The translations under genes and the position numbers were made by a program. Below, one piece after another: positions 38,445-48,462 of a DNA stretch of 64,000 bases. Numbering within the stretch: position 1 is the first letter of the stretch; the number at the start of each line of letters is the position of its first letter. Source of the stretch: a virus; IMG/VR virus record IMGVR_UViG_3300033571_015173, positions 1 through 64,000 of that record, one strand, 5' to 3'. Below the pieces are notes generated by a model that saw nothing but the letters and a program-made list of their open reading frames with translations, had not been told where the DNA came from and did not search any database.

Positions 38445-38894
38445 ATGCCACGTCGGAAAGCTATTGTCGAAACAACCGAAGGAACCGAAGTGACCGAAGG
38501 AACCGAAGTGACCGAAGCCCCGAAAGCCAAGCGGAAGCGTCGGGTATTGACTCCAGCACAACAAGTGCAGGAGACACTGGCCAAACAGAAGGAATCTGTG
38601 GCCAAGAAACAGCAAGCGTTGGAAGCGGAAAGACTGAAGATTGAGCAAACCCTGAATCTATTCTTCCTGCAGATTCGTCGGACCGTTCAGGAGCTTCCTC
38701 TGGAGATGGCCGAGCAAGTTATCAACCAACTGCAGAAGGATCACGCTGACACTGTAGCTGGATACCCTCCGAATCTGAGCTCCAATGATGAGCCAGATGA
38801 AGAAGATGAAGAAGACGAAGATGAAGATACGGAAGAAGAAGATACGGAAGATTTGACTGAAGGTGCTACCGTTCCTGAATGGCAAGTTGCCTGA
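38445..38894 (+). CDS. Basic/coiled-coil protein with acidic tail
   Basis: GAGG RBS; TEGTEV repeats; E/D-rich end. Confidence 0.7.
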   Translation: MPRRKAIVETTEGTEVTEGTEVTEAPKAKRKRRVLTPAQQVQETLAKQKESVAKKQQALEAERLKIEQTLNLFFLQIRRTVQELPLEMAEQVINQLQKDHADTVAGYPPNLSSNDEPDEEDEEDEDEDTEEEDTEDLTEGATVPEWQVA

Positions 38895-38916
38895 TAAGCG
38901 ATCGGTCTTTTGTCCT

Positions 38917-38954
38917 AAATAGCGGGTGTCTTTAATAGATGCCCGCTTTTTTAT
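38917..38954. terminator. Terminator between convergent genes
   Basis: AGCGGGTGTCT/AGATGCCCGCT stem with T-run. Confidence 0.7.
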
Positions 38955-39415
38955 TCGACATTCCCCAGATCCTTCACTTCGACCTGCCTATCCCTTCTTG
39001 CCCTTTCTACATTCCGTTGAGCTACCCACCTTTCGTGAGCATCCCATGCTTGAGCTTCTGCTTGCTGCCTCCGGCCTACATTGGCATAGTTCGGATTCTC
39101 AGCGACAGTCCGCTGAAGTCCTTTGATGTAGTTAGCGTGATGGGCTCCACTTGCAAGCCCTGCAGCTCCAGCAAGTAAAGACATGATTGCATAATCTTTA
39201 GCATCAATTGTGTCTCGACTACTAAGCATTGCCTGACCAGCATCAGCAATTCCTACTAGGCCGAGTCCCCCAAGGGCTGCGGCTGCTGGATGAGTTACAT
39301 AGGATGTGTTTGCTGGTCCTATTTTCTCGCCCAGCTTGCTTACTTGATTACCAATCCATTGACGCATGGCTTCCTCAGAGGTTGTTACAAGTTTGTAGTT
39401 CAAGCAATAAATCAA
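38951..39415 (-). CDS. Gly/Ala-rich membrane protein (likely start MRQW)
   Basis: GAGG RBS before internal Met. Confidence 0.55.
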   Translation of the reverse strand: MIYCLNYKLVTTSEEAMRQWIGNQVSKLGEKIGPANTSYVTHPAAAALGGLGLVGIADAGQAMLSSRDTIDAKDYAIMSLLAGAAGLASGAHHANYIKGLQRTVAENPNYANVGRRQQAEAQAWDAHERWVAQRNVERARRDRQVEVKDLGNVE

Positions 39416-39770
39416 TCGCTTTATTCATAGCTTTTTCTAGCTTCGTATCAACTTTAATGTCAATCTCTCCAGATTTCTCCACGGATTGAACACGTCTTTT
39501 AACTTGCTCATACTTCAAGTAGACAACGCAATCTGCTACTTCTTCAATGGCCTGTCCGACCCCATTAGTTCCTTGAGGACCAATGAATTTGCCTGCGGGT
39601 GTACAAGCGGATAGGGGCGTACCATATTTCTGGATTGCCAATTCTTTCCTTTGGTTGAAAACCGGGATTAATGCTATCAATTCTGGTCTATCTTTTTGAG
39701 TCGCCAGATTTCTTAAAATCAGATCTACTACTGGGAGACCCCAGCTTGATTTGCTTAGGTTTGATTGCAT
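39375..39770 (-). CDS. MazG-like all-alpha nucleotide pyrophosphatase
   Basis: KYGTPL...AIEEVADCVVYL. Confidence 0.55.
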   Translation of the reverse strand: MQSNLSKSSWGLPVVDLILRNLATQKDRPELIALIPVFNQRKELAIQKYGTPLSACTPAGKFIGPQGTNGVGQAIEEVADCVVYLKYEQVKRRVQSVEKSGEIDIKVDTKLEKAMNKAIDLLLELQTCNNL

Positions 39771-39833
39771 AAGTTAATCGGTTTTTCCGAGGGTTTAAGT
39801 TAGAATTATTTTAGCATTTCTAGGACAAAAGAC

Positions 39834-42800
39834 ATGGCTCTAGTTTTTGACCCCAGTACTGGTGGGTATTCAGTTGCGGGCCACCCTCGCAGTTTGTATC
39901 CAAGAAAGAATATTCTGACCAGCCAGGGCTGGGACCAGATGGCTCTATCGGATTACGAGCCCATTATTGACCCGACAACGGGTGAGCCTATCCGGGACCA
40001 CTACGGAAACCCCCAATACAAGCAGGTTAGAGACACAGGAACTGCTATCACGGGTCGGTTTCCAGTGGTGGGAAGCTCCTATGCGACAGATGAATATGCC
40101 AATTTAAGCCGCAGTCCTGGTTTCTTGTCTGACCTGTGGAGAAAATTACAAGGGGCTAGCTCGGGCATTGGATCGGAGCTGAAGGCAGATCTCTATGGTC
40201 CCCCAGTCAAATCAGCCCCTCCAGCATGGCCAATTGATCTTGGCATCGGAGGACAACCAGCAACAATGGCTGATTATTTCGCAGCACTTAAGGCGCAAGA
40301 TCAACCTATTCCTTTCGCCGGTGGGGGAATGGTTGACAAGCTAGAAGCGCTGAAGGCACAAGAAGTGTCTGGTGTTACTGCGAAAATGAAAAAGATTGAA
40401 GATGTCAAAAACCTAGAAGCAAGAGTTAAGGCGGCAAAAGCGGCTCTTCAGGACAACCTTAAGCAGGCATATTACCGTAAAGTTCTGGAGCAAAGATTCC
40501 CAGGTATCAAACTAGATGGAGTTCCATTAAATACCGGATGGGATATAGAAAAGGCTCTGGGTTTACCTGCTGAACAGTTAGTAGGTATGACTAAAGAGAC
40601 TGGTCTAAGATCTGCCCTTTCTGAGGCTTTAAGACTAAGAAATCTTGCCCCTGCCGAACCCGGTAAACTGTCTGATCAAGTTCTTGATCCTCGCCTTAAA
40701 GCTTTAATTGAAGCTGAAAACATCCCACGAATGGATGCTGCAGGCAACGATCCAAGTAGAGCGGATCTTGCTTTGCTTCTAGAGCATGGAATAGCAGATG
40801 AAGAGGATCTACTGGCATTTCCAAAGGCTCGGGCTGCATGGAAAAGAATGAAGGCGAAACAAGCGGAAGATATTGAATTCAATAAACGGCTTGCAGCTCA
40901 AGGTGGTGTAGTAGAAGATCCAAGACTTTTTGATAATCCACATACGGTATATGGTCCAGGAGGACCTATACCCGTAGCTCCCAGAGAAATTGAACAAATT
41001 CCGCAATGGTTACATGATGCAGCACACCCAAAACCTACTGCTGATCAAGTAGGCGATGCCAAGGAAGTAGTTAGAGAACAGCAAGAATATAACCGGGATA
41101 TTAGAAGACTGCTTGCTGGTTCGGCCAAGATGGAAGGTTGGGATCCTGTATCTGCTCCTTACCATGTAGTTCAACAAAGACTAACGGGTGCTAAGAAAGG
41201 AGATAAATTTCCGGGTGGAGTTGTCTACAATCCTGAGCATTTACAAGGGATTTTAGACAATCGTGCGATTATTGCAGCACATGCTCTCAATGTGCCAGAA
41301 CGCAGATTTACTCCTCACATGCCAGTTTTAGACTGGTGGATGAATCCCAGGACTCAAGAGAGTAATTTTCAGAATCCAGATTGGCAGAACGATTATCCCA
41401 GGAATATCACACTTCCTGACGGAAGAATTGTCCAGACTGCTTATACAGGAGAAGAAGTTCTAGCCGATATTAATCGGCAAATTGCTTCCCCGTATGGATT
41501 TGAAAAGGCAGGTGTTCGGGACTTAACCCCTGGACAAATGCAAGCTATCTATGACCAGAAGAATCCACTAGAAACTGCTGAATTAGAGCTTAAGCAACAT
41601 GCCTATGATTCCCAAATGGGAATTAAGAATGCTGGTCTTCAAGCTTATGGCATTCGAGATCCTGAACTGGCGTTAAGAGAGGGAGGTTATATTCCTAGCC
41701 TCAAGCATTACGCCAAGAAGGATAAGTCTGGGAGATACATTAACTCCTACCGGACTAATGTTGAGGCTAGGAACGCAGCCAAAAATAACATTCTGTTCAA
41801 TCAAGCCTTGCTTGATACTGAGATTGGAAGGACTATCCAACCTTTCTGGGCAGAACGGAATCAGATGCTGAAGGTCGATGCGAATAGACCGGAATGGTGG
41901 GGGAACACTTTATCTCAGTCTGGAACGAACTACGATTACGCCATCCGCCCAACCCCTATCGATGTCGAGAAGCAGAAAGCTACCAGACAGCTCTTCGATC
42001 TTTACAGATATGGAGGCCAGGGGCAGACAGCTTATCACGATCCTTTGGGTGTCTACAATAAAGCTGGAGGCCGTCCTGCATTTTCTAGTACTGGTCTGCT
42101 TAAGCCTGGTTCTAGCGTTCTTGATGCTAGTACTTATAGTTTAGGTTCTGACAGGCTAGGAGTTGCATACCCTCAGTCTGCATTTTCTAGCGCTGGTCTT
42201 GCTAATGCAGTAGAAACTGTTCCCTCAACATGGGCTCCAGACGGTCGGTATACTCCAACCGATCCTGCATGGATGGGGCTGGAATCTTATCGTCCATCGC
42301 GAGCTATTAGAACTCAAGCTCCTTCGATTCTTGATCAGTTTCAGGGAATGACTCGGATAAAGGATCAATTATCCAGGGCTCCTGGTCCTATTGCTCCTGT
42401 TGTATTACAACAACTTCTACCTGAAGTACGTCAAGGTCCTGCATCAACTTTAATTCCAGGTAGAGCTCTTGCCGAACTTGGAATTAATCGTGTTACTGCT
42501 CGGAATACTGAAGATCCTTGGGCTGTAGTTAGAAGAGCTGGGAAGTATAAGCGTACTCCTTTCCCTCTTGGGGCGGAAGATCTTTCTACTCCTGCTACTC
42601 GCGCCTATGCAGAGAATGCCATGTTCCAAAGCACTAAGCCTTTTTATCCATCTGTCATGGATAGGAGTGCTAAGTCTTTGCTACCCCAGCTTCGACCTTT
42701 AGAGTCTGGTAGAGAAGCCTATCTCAGACTTCAAGAAAAGAATGCTGATGATATTGCAAGATATGGTGTTGCTACTTCTCCTATGTTTAATGCACAGGAG

Positions 42801-44591
42801 TATGTTGACAGCCATTACGGTGGCTTTCGTCCAGAAGAGAAAGCTGCAATCGCAGCATCGATGAATGAGTCGGCACTTGATGCAACTCTCGGTGATAGTG
42901 CGAGTAAGGCTCAGAGAATGGCTCGTAATTTGGGCGATGCTCTTGGCCTTCAAGCTCGGGCTGACATCGGTTGGGACCCAGCATTGAAAACCTGGCAAGG
43001 AGTTCAAGGTAAGAAAGTTTACGATGTCGGATCTACTCAGAGAGCACAACTAAGAATACAAGGTTTGCAGGAGGAGCTTGCAGATCCAGCTAATCAACTG
43101 CAACGAAAGTTGTCTCCCCAGTTTGATAGCATGATGAGACAAAAAGAGGAGACAATTGCAAGCTTAGGAGCTTTTATCGCTCCCAAGACTGCTCTTCCTC
43201 CTTATTCTTCGGTTCCTGCTAATCGTCCAGTTCTGAGACAGATGTTTGCGGAGGCTGCTAATACTGGAATTGGCCCAGAGTTTAGACAGTTTGATGCTAG
43301 AGGCTTAGATCAACAGCAGAAAGTTAGTGAATTACTTGATGTTGTTATTGCTAACGAAGAGTTAAAGACAGGAAGACCAACTTTGATTCCTCCAGTCGAG
43401 CCTATTCGGATGCTGGAAGAATCAGAAAGGTTGCCTTGGCAAAGTACTAAGAAAATGTGGACTTCGGGATCTAATGCCAGAGGTTTGAGCTCCGTTCAAC
43501 CGAAGTTAGCATCTCATCTTATGGAGAAGGGTCTGCCAGGTATCTTAGCCCTAGCTTACGATACTAAGCAACCAGTCTTCCAAACCCCGTCTCTAGCTTT
43601 TGGAGATCGTGGGATCAAGTTAGCTGGAGAGAGAGATGCTCTTATTTCCCCGGAGGATGTAACAGAACTCTATCGTGAGACTCTACCTGAGGGTCATGCA
43701 AAATATGAAGGCATGAATTGGAGAAGTGGAGCTCCCGTCCAGTTCGAGCCTGCAGGTCGCTATAGCGCACCAAATGAGCGGGATCTTATTGTTCCTGAGA
43801 AAATGATGGTTGCAGAACGCGATCCTCAAATTCAAAAGGCTAGAGATTATCTAACTGCTCATGGTAGACGCTGGACCTTTGGGGAGGAAAGCCCTAGAGA
43901 AGCCGGTGTTATTGGCAAGATGCAAGCTGGTAATCTGGGTGCTCTAGAGATGGTTGAAGAAGCGAAGAATCTCAATATCCAAGACTCGATGCTTCGTAGC
44001 CTGCATGGTGGGAGTTATGGATTTACTCCATCCCCACTCTTAAAGCAATTTGTTTCAGATAATCAATCTGAAATACAAGCGGCTAATGAAAGAAGACAAG
44101 CTCGTAAACAGGAAGCTATTATTTCTGCTGCACAACCTGAGAAGTTTGGAGTTGTTACTCCTGCTTTCTCCGATGACTATCTTGGCAGCAGGCTCACTGG
44201 GAAGAGCACGGCAACCAGTCAAATCTTAAATGATGCGCTAGAGGCGCAAAGAACTACCGTGGCAAAAATCGAAAGACCTGATTTCTATATTGATCCCGGA
44301 GAGACAAGACAGATTGGATTTGTTGATCAAGAAAGGAACTTTGTTGAACCGGGTAGAACCAATCTAGAGATGGCGCAAGTCCAAGAAGTTCGAGAACCAA
44401 GAGTAAGATTAACTTCTCCATCTGATCCTAGCGATTTAAGAGCTAGGGCTGCCGCACTACTTGAGAAGAAAGCAGCGAGATCTCAGTCAACCTATCAACC
44501 TGATTTAGGTCGGGATGTCCGCATTCAAAGACCAACAACTGATGTAGCTGAAGATCTCCTGTCTACCATTCGCCGCACTTATCGGCGATAA
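39834..44591 (+). CDS. Large 1585-aa protein of unknown function (possible virion-internal)
   Basis: Long ORF; A/G/P/Q/R-rich, no Cys seen; no catalytic motif recognised. Confidence 0.75.
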   Translation: MALVFDPSTGGYSVAGHPRSLYPRKNILTSQGWDQMALSDYEPIIDPTTGEPIRDHYGNPQYKQVRDTGTAITGRFPVVGSSYATDEYANLSRSPGFLSDLWRKLQGASSGIGSELKADLYGPPVKSAPPAWPIDLGIGGQPATMADYFAALKAQDQPIPFAGGGMVDKLEALKAQEVSGVTAKMKKIEDVKNLEARVKAAKAALQDNLKQAYYRKVLEQRFPGIKLDGVPLNTGWDIEKALGLPAEQLVGMTKETGLRSALSEALRLRNLAPAEPGKLSDQVLDPRLKALIEAENIPRMDAAGNDPSRADLALLLEHGIADEEDLLAFPKARAAWKRMKAKQAEDIEFNKRLAAQGGVVEDPRLFDNPHTVYGPGGPIPVAPREIEQIPQWLHDAAHPKPTADQVGDAKEVVREQQEYNRDIRRLLAGSAKMEGWDPVSAPYHVVQQRLTGAKKGDKFPGGVVYNPEHLQGILDNRAIIAAHALNVPERRFTPHMPVLDWWMNPRTQESNFQNPDWQNDYPRNITLPDGRIVQTAYTGEEVLADINRQIASPYGFEKAGVRDLTPGQMQAIYDQKNPLETAELELKQHAYDSQMGIKNAGLQAYGIRDPELALREGGYIPSLKHYAKKDKSGRYINSYRTNVEARNAAKNNILFNQALLDTEIGRTIQPFWAERNQMLKVDANRPEWWGNTLSQSGTNYDYAIRPTPIDVEKQKATRQLFDLYRYGGQGQTAYHDPLGVYNKAGGRPAFSSTGLLKPGSSVLDASTYSLGSDRLGVAYPQSAFSSAGLANAVETVPSTWAPDGRYTPTDPAWMGLESYRPSRAIRTQAPSILDQFQGMTRIKDQLSRAPGPIAPVVLQQLLPEVRQGPASTLIPGRALAELGINRVTARNTEDPWAVVRRAGKYKRTPFPLGAEDLSTPATRAYAENAMFQSTKPFYPSVMDRSAKSLLPQLRPLESGREAYLRLQEKNADDIARYGVATSPMFNAQEYVDSHYGGFRPEEKAAIAASMNESALDATLGDSASKAQRMARNLGDALGLQARADIGWDPALKTWQGVQGKKVYDVGSTQRAQLRIQGLQEELADPANQLQRKLSPQFDSMMRQKEETIASLGAFIAPKTALPPYSSVPANRPVLRQMFAEAANTGIGPEFRQFDARGLDQQQKVSELLDVVIANEELKTGRPTLIPPVEPIRMLEESERLPWQSTKKMWTSGSNARGLSSVQPKLASHLMEKGLPGILALAYDTKQPVFQTPSLAFGDRGIKLAGERDALISPEDVTELYRETLPEGHAKYEGMNWRSGAPVQFEPAGRYSAPNERDLIVPEKMMVAERDPQIQKARDYLTAHGRRWTFGEESPREAGVIGKMQAGNLGALEMVEEAKNLNIQDSMLRSLHGGSYGFTPSPLLKQFVSDNQSEIQAANERRQARKQEAIISAAQPEKFGVVTPAFSDDYLGSRLTGKSTATSQILNDALEAQRTTVAKIERPDFYIDPGETRQIGFVDQERNFVEPGRTNLEMAQVQEVREPRVRLTSPSDPSDLRARAAALLEKKAARSQSTYQPDLGRDVRIQRPTTDVAEDLLSTIRRTYRR

Positions 44592-44612
44592 TAGGGTGGG
44601 ATAGTTCCTTGT

Positions 44613-44642
44613 GGGTGTAGTTAATCTACACCCCTTTTTTTA
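44613..44642 (+). terminator. Intrinsic terminator
   Basis: GGGTGTAG/CTACACCC followed by T-run. Confidence 0.75.
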
Positions 44643-44819
44643 TGAATCAATGCTCAGTCTGCGGAAACAAAGGGTATTATCTCAAGCTCTCTCTGGAAAT
44701 CCCGAAGGTTCCTGTAAAGGATGGAGTTCCAGTGCGTCGAATCGAGCAGAAAGTTGCTTGCAATTGTAAGCTTGGAAGACTATGGTGGGAAGCACAAGTA
44801 GAAAATTGGAAGATATAAT

Positions 44820-45251
44820 ATGAGAATTTTAGTTTCAGATCTTCGGATCCTGGGAGAAAGCTTAGACGAAATAGAAAGATTGTACACACTGGGTTTTGAT
44901 TACTCTACTCAGAACCCTCTTGTGAGGGGTATTAATTCTACACAGATTGGTGGAGACATAATAGTAACTATATGGCTTCACGATAATAATAAGGCAGTAG
45001 ATCGCAGTATCATCAACATCGCATCCGGGAGAGATGGACAGCCTCCGATTTCCACAGATAGTCTAGACCCTATTAATAAGGGAGGCTATTTTTTGGAGGT
45101 GTGCAGGGTATGGCCAAAGATGACAACTGGTACAAAAGAAGAAGAGTGCTTAGGTCGAATATTTATATTTGACAACCCAGCAAGTACATCAAGACTTTAC
45201 TTGAATGTCATGACTTCCAAATTCTCGGAGTACAAGAATGGAAAAACTTAA
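44820..45251 (+). CDS. Hypothetical protein
   Basis: ORF in operon. Confidence 0.55.
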   Translation: MRILVSDLRILGESLDEIERLYTLGFDYSTQNPLVRGINSTQIGGDIIVTIWLHDNNKAVDRSIINIASGRDGQPPISTDSLDPINKGGYFLEVCRVWPKMTTGTKEEECLGRIFIFDNPASTSRLYLNVMTSKFSEYKNGKT

Positions 45252-45627
45252 ATCAGCAGAAGACCTCAAGAAGTTCAAACGTCAACCCAAGTTCAGCGAG
45301 CATCGATTGATTACCGTACCAGTTGCAGATAGCGATCTCCTCTTTGATGCCGAAACAAGACCTCCATACATTTTTTATATTGAAGGTCGAGCTTGGTTTC
45401 ATATTCTAGGTTTCAGCTTTCCTGGGTTTTGGACAGGAAGAATTAGCCTGGTAGATGCTACTCATGCTTTTAAGATCTTGGAGATTCTTTCAGCTCAACC
45501 CGCACAGAAGAGATTTTATCTTTTGGGTGGAGCTCTCTTACACAACTATGGTAGTCGTAAAGTCTATCAACTTTGGGTAGGTAATCTAGACAGTTGTGAC
45601 GAATTAAGGGTGGTGACCTATAAATGA
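45238..45627 (+). CDS. Hypothetical protein
   Basis: GGAG RBS. Confidence 0.6.
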   Translation: MEKLKSAEDLKKFKRQPKFSEHRLITVPVADSDLLFDAETRPPYIFYIEGRAWFHILGFSFPGFWTGRISLVDATHAFKILEILSAQPAQKRFYLLGGALLHNYGSRKVYQLWVGNLDSCDELRVVTYK

Positions 45628-45884
45628 AGAAAAGAATTCAGACAGTATTAGGGAGCACTCCAGTTAAGGTGACTGTGATAGCCAGCGACAAGAGAAGTAC
45701 TAGCTATTTCATTTGCACCCTAGAACAATTCCAAGAGGCTAAACCTACCATCATAGATGGGCTGACAACAGTTGTAACCGAGGATGTAGCCACATACTTC
45801 GGACAAGAAGTCCTTAACCTAGCCTATAGAATGCAAGCTGGGGAGGTGATTTCTTTTTTGGCTGAATTAGTCCAGGAGATCTAG
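45624..45884 (+). CDS. Hypothetical protein
   Basis: ATGA overlap. Confidence 0.55.
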   Translation: MKKRIQTVLGSTPVKVTVIASDKRSTSYFICTLEQFQEAKPTIIDGLTTVVTEDVATYFGQEVLNLAYRMQAGEVISFLAELVQEI

Positions 45885-45944
45885 CATCTCCAATCCAGGG
45901 GCAAGTATCTTCGATCTAAACCTAGAAAAACAGGAGCTAAAAGT

Positions 45945-46478
45945 ATGAGCAGTTTATTCGAGATTTCCGATGCAATTCTTCATCTGAATGACCAGCTGGA
46001 TAATCTGGATGACGAAGATCTAGATGATGAGGCTCTTGCAACTATTCAAGAGTTTTTGGCAGGACTTCTTAAGGAAACAATTAATCAGCGGGACCATAAG
46101 CTGGATAATTATGGAGCTCTTATCAGAGAAATCAAACTCCGAGCTAGTGTTAGAAAGCAAGAGGCTGAAAGGTTGATTAAGCTTTCAAGATTCGATGAGA
46201 ATAGAGCTAATCGGCTTGAAGAGTGCTTGTTCAAGTTCCTGGCTGCTCACAATCTGAAGAAGCTCGATACTACCAGATTCCGATTTTCTGTTTGTGTCAA
46301 TGGTGGAAAGCTTCCCCTGGTACTCGATGAAGAACTAGAACCAGATGACTTCCCAGAAGAGTACACTTATCCAGTGACGGTAGTAGACAAAGTGGCTATT
46401 CGAGAAGCATTAGAAGCAGGGAAAGAACTTACCTTTGCTAAACTTGGTGAACGAGGATCCCACTTAAGGATCAGATGA
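45945..46478 (+). CDS. Siphovirus Gp157 family protein
   Basis: LFEI...KLDNY...EAERL...DKVAIREALEAG...HLRIR. Confidence 0.85.
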   Translation: MSSLFEISDAILHLNDQLDNLDDEDLDDEALATIQEFLAGLLKETINQRDHKLDNYGALIREIKLRASVRKQEAERLIKLSRFDENRANRLEECLFKFLAAHNLKKLDTTRFRFSVCVNGGKLPLVLDEELEPDDFPEEYTYPVTVVDKVAIREALEAGKELTFAKLGERGSHLRIR

Positions 46479-46633
46479 AACTAGAGGTTCAAAGGTTGCG
46501 CGGCGGATCCTGGCATTTTAAGTCCTGGTTCTGCCGCTCTGCATATCATGGCTGCTTCATTAAAAGCGTTCCAACTAGTGATGTTGGTTTTCGGATTCTA
46601 ATTAGGAGGCGAAATGGAAAGCTTTATCAGTAA
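46475..46633 (+). CDS. VR-like module 1: [52 protein letters not shown]
   Basis: Hand translation; ATGA overlap with gp157. Confidence 0.75.
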   Translation: MKLEVQRLRGGSWHFKSWFCRSAYHGCFIKSVPTSDVGFRILIRRRNGKLYQ

Positions 46634-46772
46634 AATTGTGCGTGGTGCTTCCTGGGCGTGCAATCTCACTATTTCCTACTCGGCTTTTCGTGAAGAGGTT
46701 GGTCCAGTAGCTAGAGATGATTCTATTGGTTTTCGGATTGCAATCAAGGAGAAAAATGAAAAGACCTGTTAG
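46614..46772 (+). CDS. VR-like module 2: [52 protein letters not shown]
   Basis: AGGAGG RBS; hand translation. Confidence 0.75.
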   Translation: MESFISKIVRGASWACNLTISYSAFREEVGPVARDDSIGFRIAIKEKNEKTC

Positions 46773-46911
46773 GATGATGTTGCGTAGTAACCCCTGGAGT
46801 ATTTGCCTCTGGGGTCGCTCGGCTTGTCGGCTTGACAACGATCCCAATAATTATGATCCTGATATCGGTTTTCGAGTTGTGATTGGGAGGAGAAATGAAA
46901 AGACCAGTTAG
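46756..46911 (+). CDS. VR-like module 3: [51 protein letters not shown]
   Basis: AAGGAG RBS. Confidence 0.75.
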   Translation: MKRPVRMMLRSNPWSICLWGRSACRLDNDPNNYDPDIGFRVVIGRRNEKTS

Positions 46912-47056
46912 TAGATGGCCTTTGTTACGTGGTGGTTCCTGGCATTTCAATCCCGATAACTGCCGCTCGGCGTACCGTAGCGGAAACAATACCCTCTATC
47001 GGTTTAATAATGCCGGTTTTCGGATTGTCAAGGAGGGAAATGAAAAGACTAATTAG
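46895..47056 (+). CDS. VR-like module 4: [53 protein letters not shown]
   Basis: GGAGG RBS; closest to the canonical FGE C-terminus. Confidence 0.8.
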   Translation: MKRPVSRWPLLRGGSWHFNPDNCRSAYRSGNNTLYRFNNAGFRIVKEGNEKTN

Positions 47057-47192
47057 GAAGCTGTCTTTGTTACGTGGCGGTTCCTGGAGTCTTGAGACTA
47101 ATTTTTGCCGTCCCGCGTTTCGTGGTGGAGACTATTCCGATTACCAGGATAATGACATTGGTTTTCGAGTTGTGATTGGAGGCAAAAAATGA
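47040..47192 (+). CDS. VR-like module 5: [50 protein letters not shown]
   Basis: AAGGAGG RBS. Confidence 0.8.
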   Translation: MKRLIRKLSLLRGGSWSLETNFCRPAFRGGDYSDYQDNDIGFRVVIGGKK

Positions 47193-47350
47193 AAAAGTTT
47201 ATCAGTAAAGCAATCCGCAGCGGTTCTTGGTATAGCTATGCTGATTCTAGCCGAACGGCTTATCACGATCTGCAGGATGTCTGGAATCGGAATAACTATA
47301 TTGGTTTTCGGATTGTAGTTGCAAAGAAAAAGAATGAAAAAGCAATCTGA
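47189..47350 (+). CDS. VR-like module 6: [53 protein letters not shown]
   Basis: GGAGG RBS, ATGA overlap. Confidence 0.75.
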   Translation: MKKFISKAIRSGSWYSYADSSRTAYHDLQDVWNRNNYIGFRIVVAKKKNEKAI

Positions 47351-47504
47351 ATTCCATAAGATATTGCGTGGTGGTTCTTACCTTTTTGATCCTGAATACT
47401 GCCGGTCTGCATATTGGTATGTTGGCCGCCTTGTATATCGTGATCACCACTACGGTTTTCGGATTGTTATTGGAGGAGCAAGCCATGAAAAGCAGAAGCT
47501 TTAA
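47334..47504 (+). CDS. VR-like module 7: MKKQSEFHKILRGGSYLFDPEYCRSAYWYVGRLVYRDHHYGFRIVIGGASHEKQKL
   Basis: Overlapping start. Confidence 0.75.
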   Translation: MKKQSEFHKILRGGSYLFDPEYCRSAYWYVGRLVYRDHHYGFRIVIGGASHEKQKL

Positions 47505-47685
47505 GAGTCCTATTCTTCGTGGCAACTCTTGGCTGAATAACGCAAAGAATTCCCGTTCAGCTTGTCGTACTTGGTATGACGCTACACTTGCACTTAATAA
47601 CTTTAGTTTTCGAGTTGTTGTTAGAGGAGTGAGCCGTGAAAACATGGAAGACAGCGAGGGGCAGCGCTTGGAACAGCAGACCTAG
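47485..47685 (+). CDS. VR-like module 8: MKSRSFKSPILRGNSWLNNAKNSRSACRTWYDATLALNNFSFRVVVRG...
   Basis: GGAGG RBS. Confidence 0.75.
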   Translation: MKSRSFKSPILRGNSWLNNAKNSRSACRTWYDATLALNNFSFRVVVRGVSRENMEDSEGQRLEQQT

Positions 47686-47773
47686 GAAGTGCCGTTCGGC
47701 TTCCCGAGAAAATGATGCCCCTGATCAAGATAATTACTGTTATGGCTTTCGAGTTGTGATCAATAAACCATGA
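47636..47773 (+). CDS. VR-like module 9: MKTWKTARGSAWNSRPRKCRSASRENDAPDQDNYCYGFRVVINKP
   Basis: GAGGAG RBS, GTG start. Confidence 0.75.
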   Translation: MKTWKTARGSAWNSRPRKCRSASRENDAPDQDNYCYGFRVVINKP

Positions 47774-47907
47774 GTCAGAAAATAGCGCGTGGTAATTCCT
47801 GGTTTGGAAATCGTACTTACTCTAGATCAGCCTCCCGCAATGTTAGCATCCCCAGGTATGATGAAGATATTTTTGGCTTTCGTATTGTGATCAAAGATAA
47901 ACCATGA
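47770..47907 (+). CDS. VR-like module 10: MSQKIARGNSWFGNRTYSRSASRNVSIPRYDEDIFGFRIVIKDKP
   Basis: ATGA overlap. Confidence 0.75.
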   Translation: MSQKIARGNSWFGNRTYSRSASRNVSIPRYDEDIFGFRIVIKDKP

Positions 47908-48164
47908 GTCAGAAAATAGCGCGTGGTAATTCCTGGTTTGGAAATCGTACTTACTCTAGATCGGCCTTCCGCAATGTTAGGACCCACAGATATGATGGGG
48001 AGATTTTTTTTGGCTTTCGGATTGTAATGAAGAAAAACCATAAAGTAAAGACAATGCGTGGTGGATGCTCGGGCAACGACATAGAATATTGTCGCTCTGC
48101 ATCTCGTACTATGAGCGGATCACACAATGCCAGTTTGATTATCGGCCTTCGAGTTGTGAAATGA
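47904..48164 (+). CDS. VR-like modules 11+12 fused in frame (second ATG at 48027)
   Basis: Two RG..S...RSA.R...G(F/L)R units in one ORF; module 11 is a recent duplicate of module 10. Confidence 0.75.
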   Translation: MSQKIARGNSWFGNRTYSRSAFRNVRTHRYDGEIFFGFRIVMKKNHKVKTMRGGCSGNDIEYCRSASRTMSGSHNASLIIGLRVVK

Positions 48165-48307
48165 AAAACGAAAAAGAAAAATCAATCCGCAGCGGATCCT
48201 GGGTTGCTAATGACGATCTCTGCCGCTCACCCTTTCGTTCAAGAGAATCTAACAAGTACTGGGACAACTACATTGGATTCAGGATTCTTATCAAGAAAAA
48301 GCCATGA
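48161..48307 (+). CDS. VR-like module 13: MKNEKEKSIRSGSWVANDDLCRSPFRSRESNKYWDNYIGFRILIKKKP
   Basis: ATGA overlap. Confidence 0.75.
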   Translation: MKNEKEKSIRSGSWVANDDLCRSPFRSRESNKYWDNYIGFRILIKKKP

Positions 48308-48462
48308 GGTACAAAAAGAAGATACTAAGAGGTGGAGGTGGGACTATTATTCCCAAGTACTGTCGGTCAGCCTATCGAGTCAACCATTATCTTCCTTACA
48401 GCTTTGAGCGATTCTTTGGATTTCGGATTGTTGTTAGAGGGACAGGAAGTGAAGGAACTTAA
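48304..48462 (+). CDS. VR-like module 14: MRYKKKILRGGGGTIIPKYCRSAYRVNHYLPYSFERFFGFRIVVRGTGSEGT
   Basis: ATGA overlap; hand translation. Confidence 0.75.
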   Translation: MRYKKKILRGGGGTIIPKYCRSAYRVNHYLPYSFERFFGFRIVVRGTGSEGT

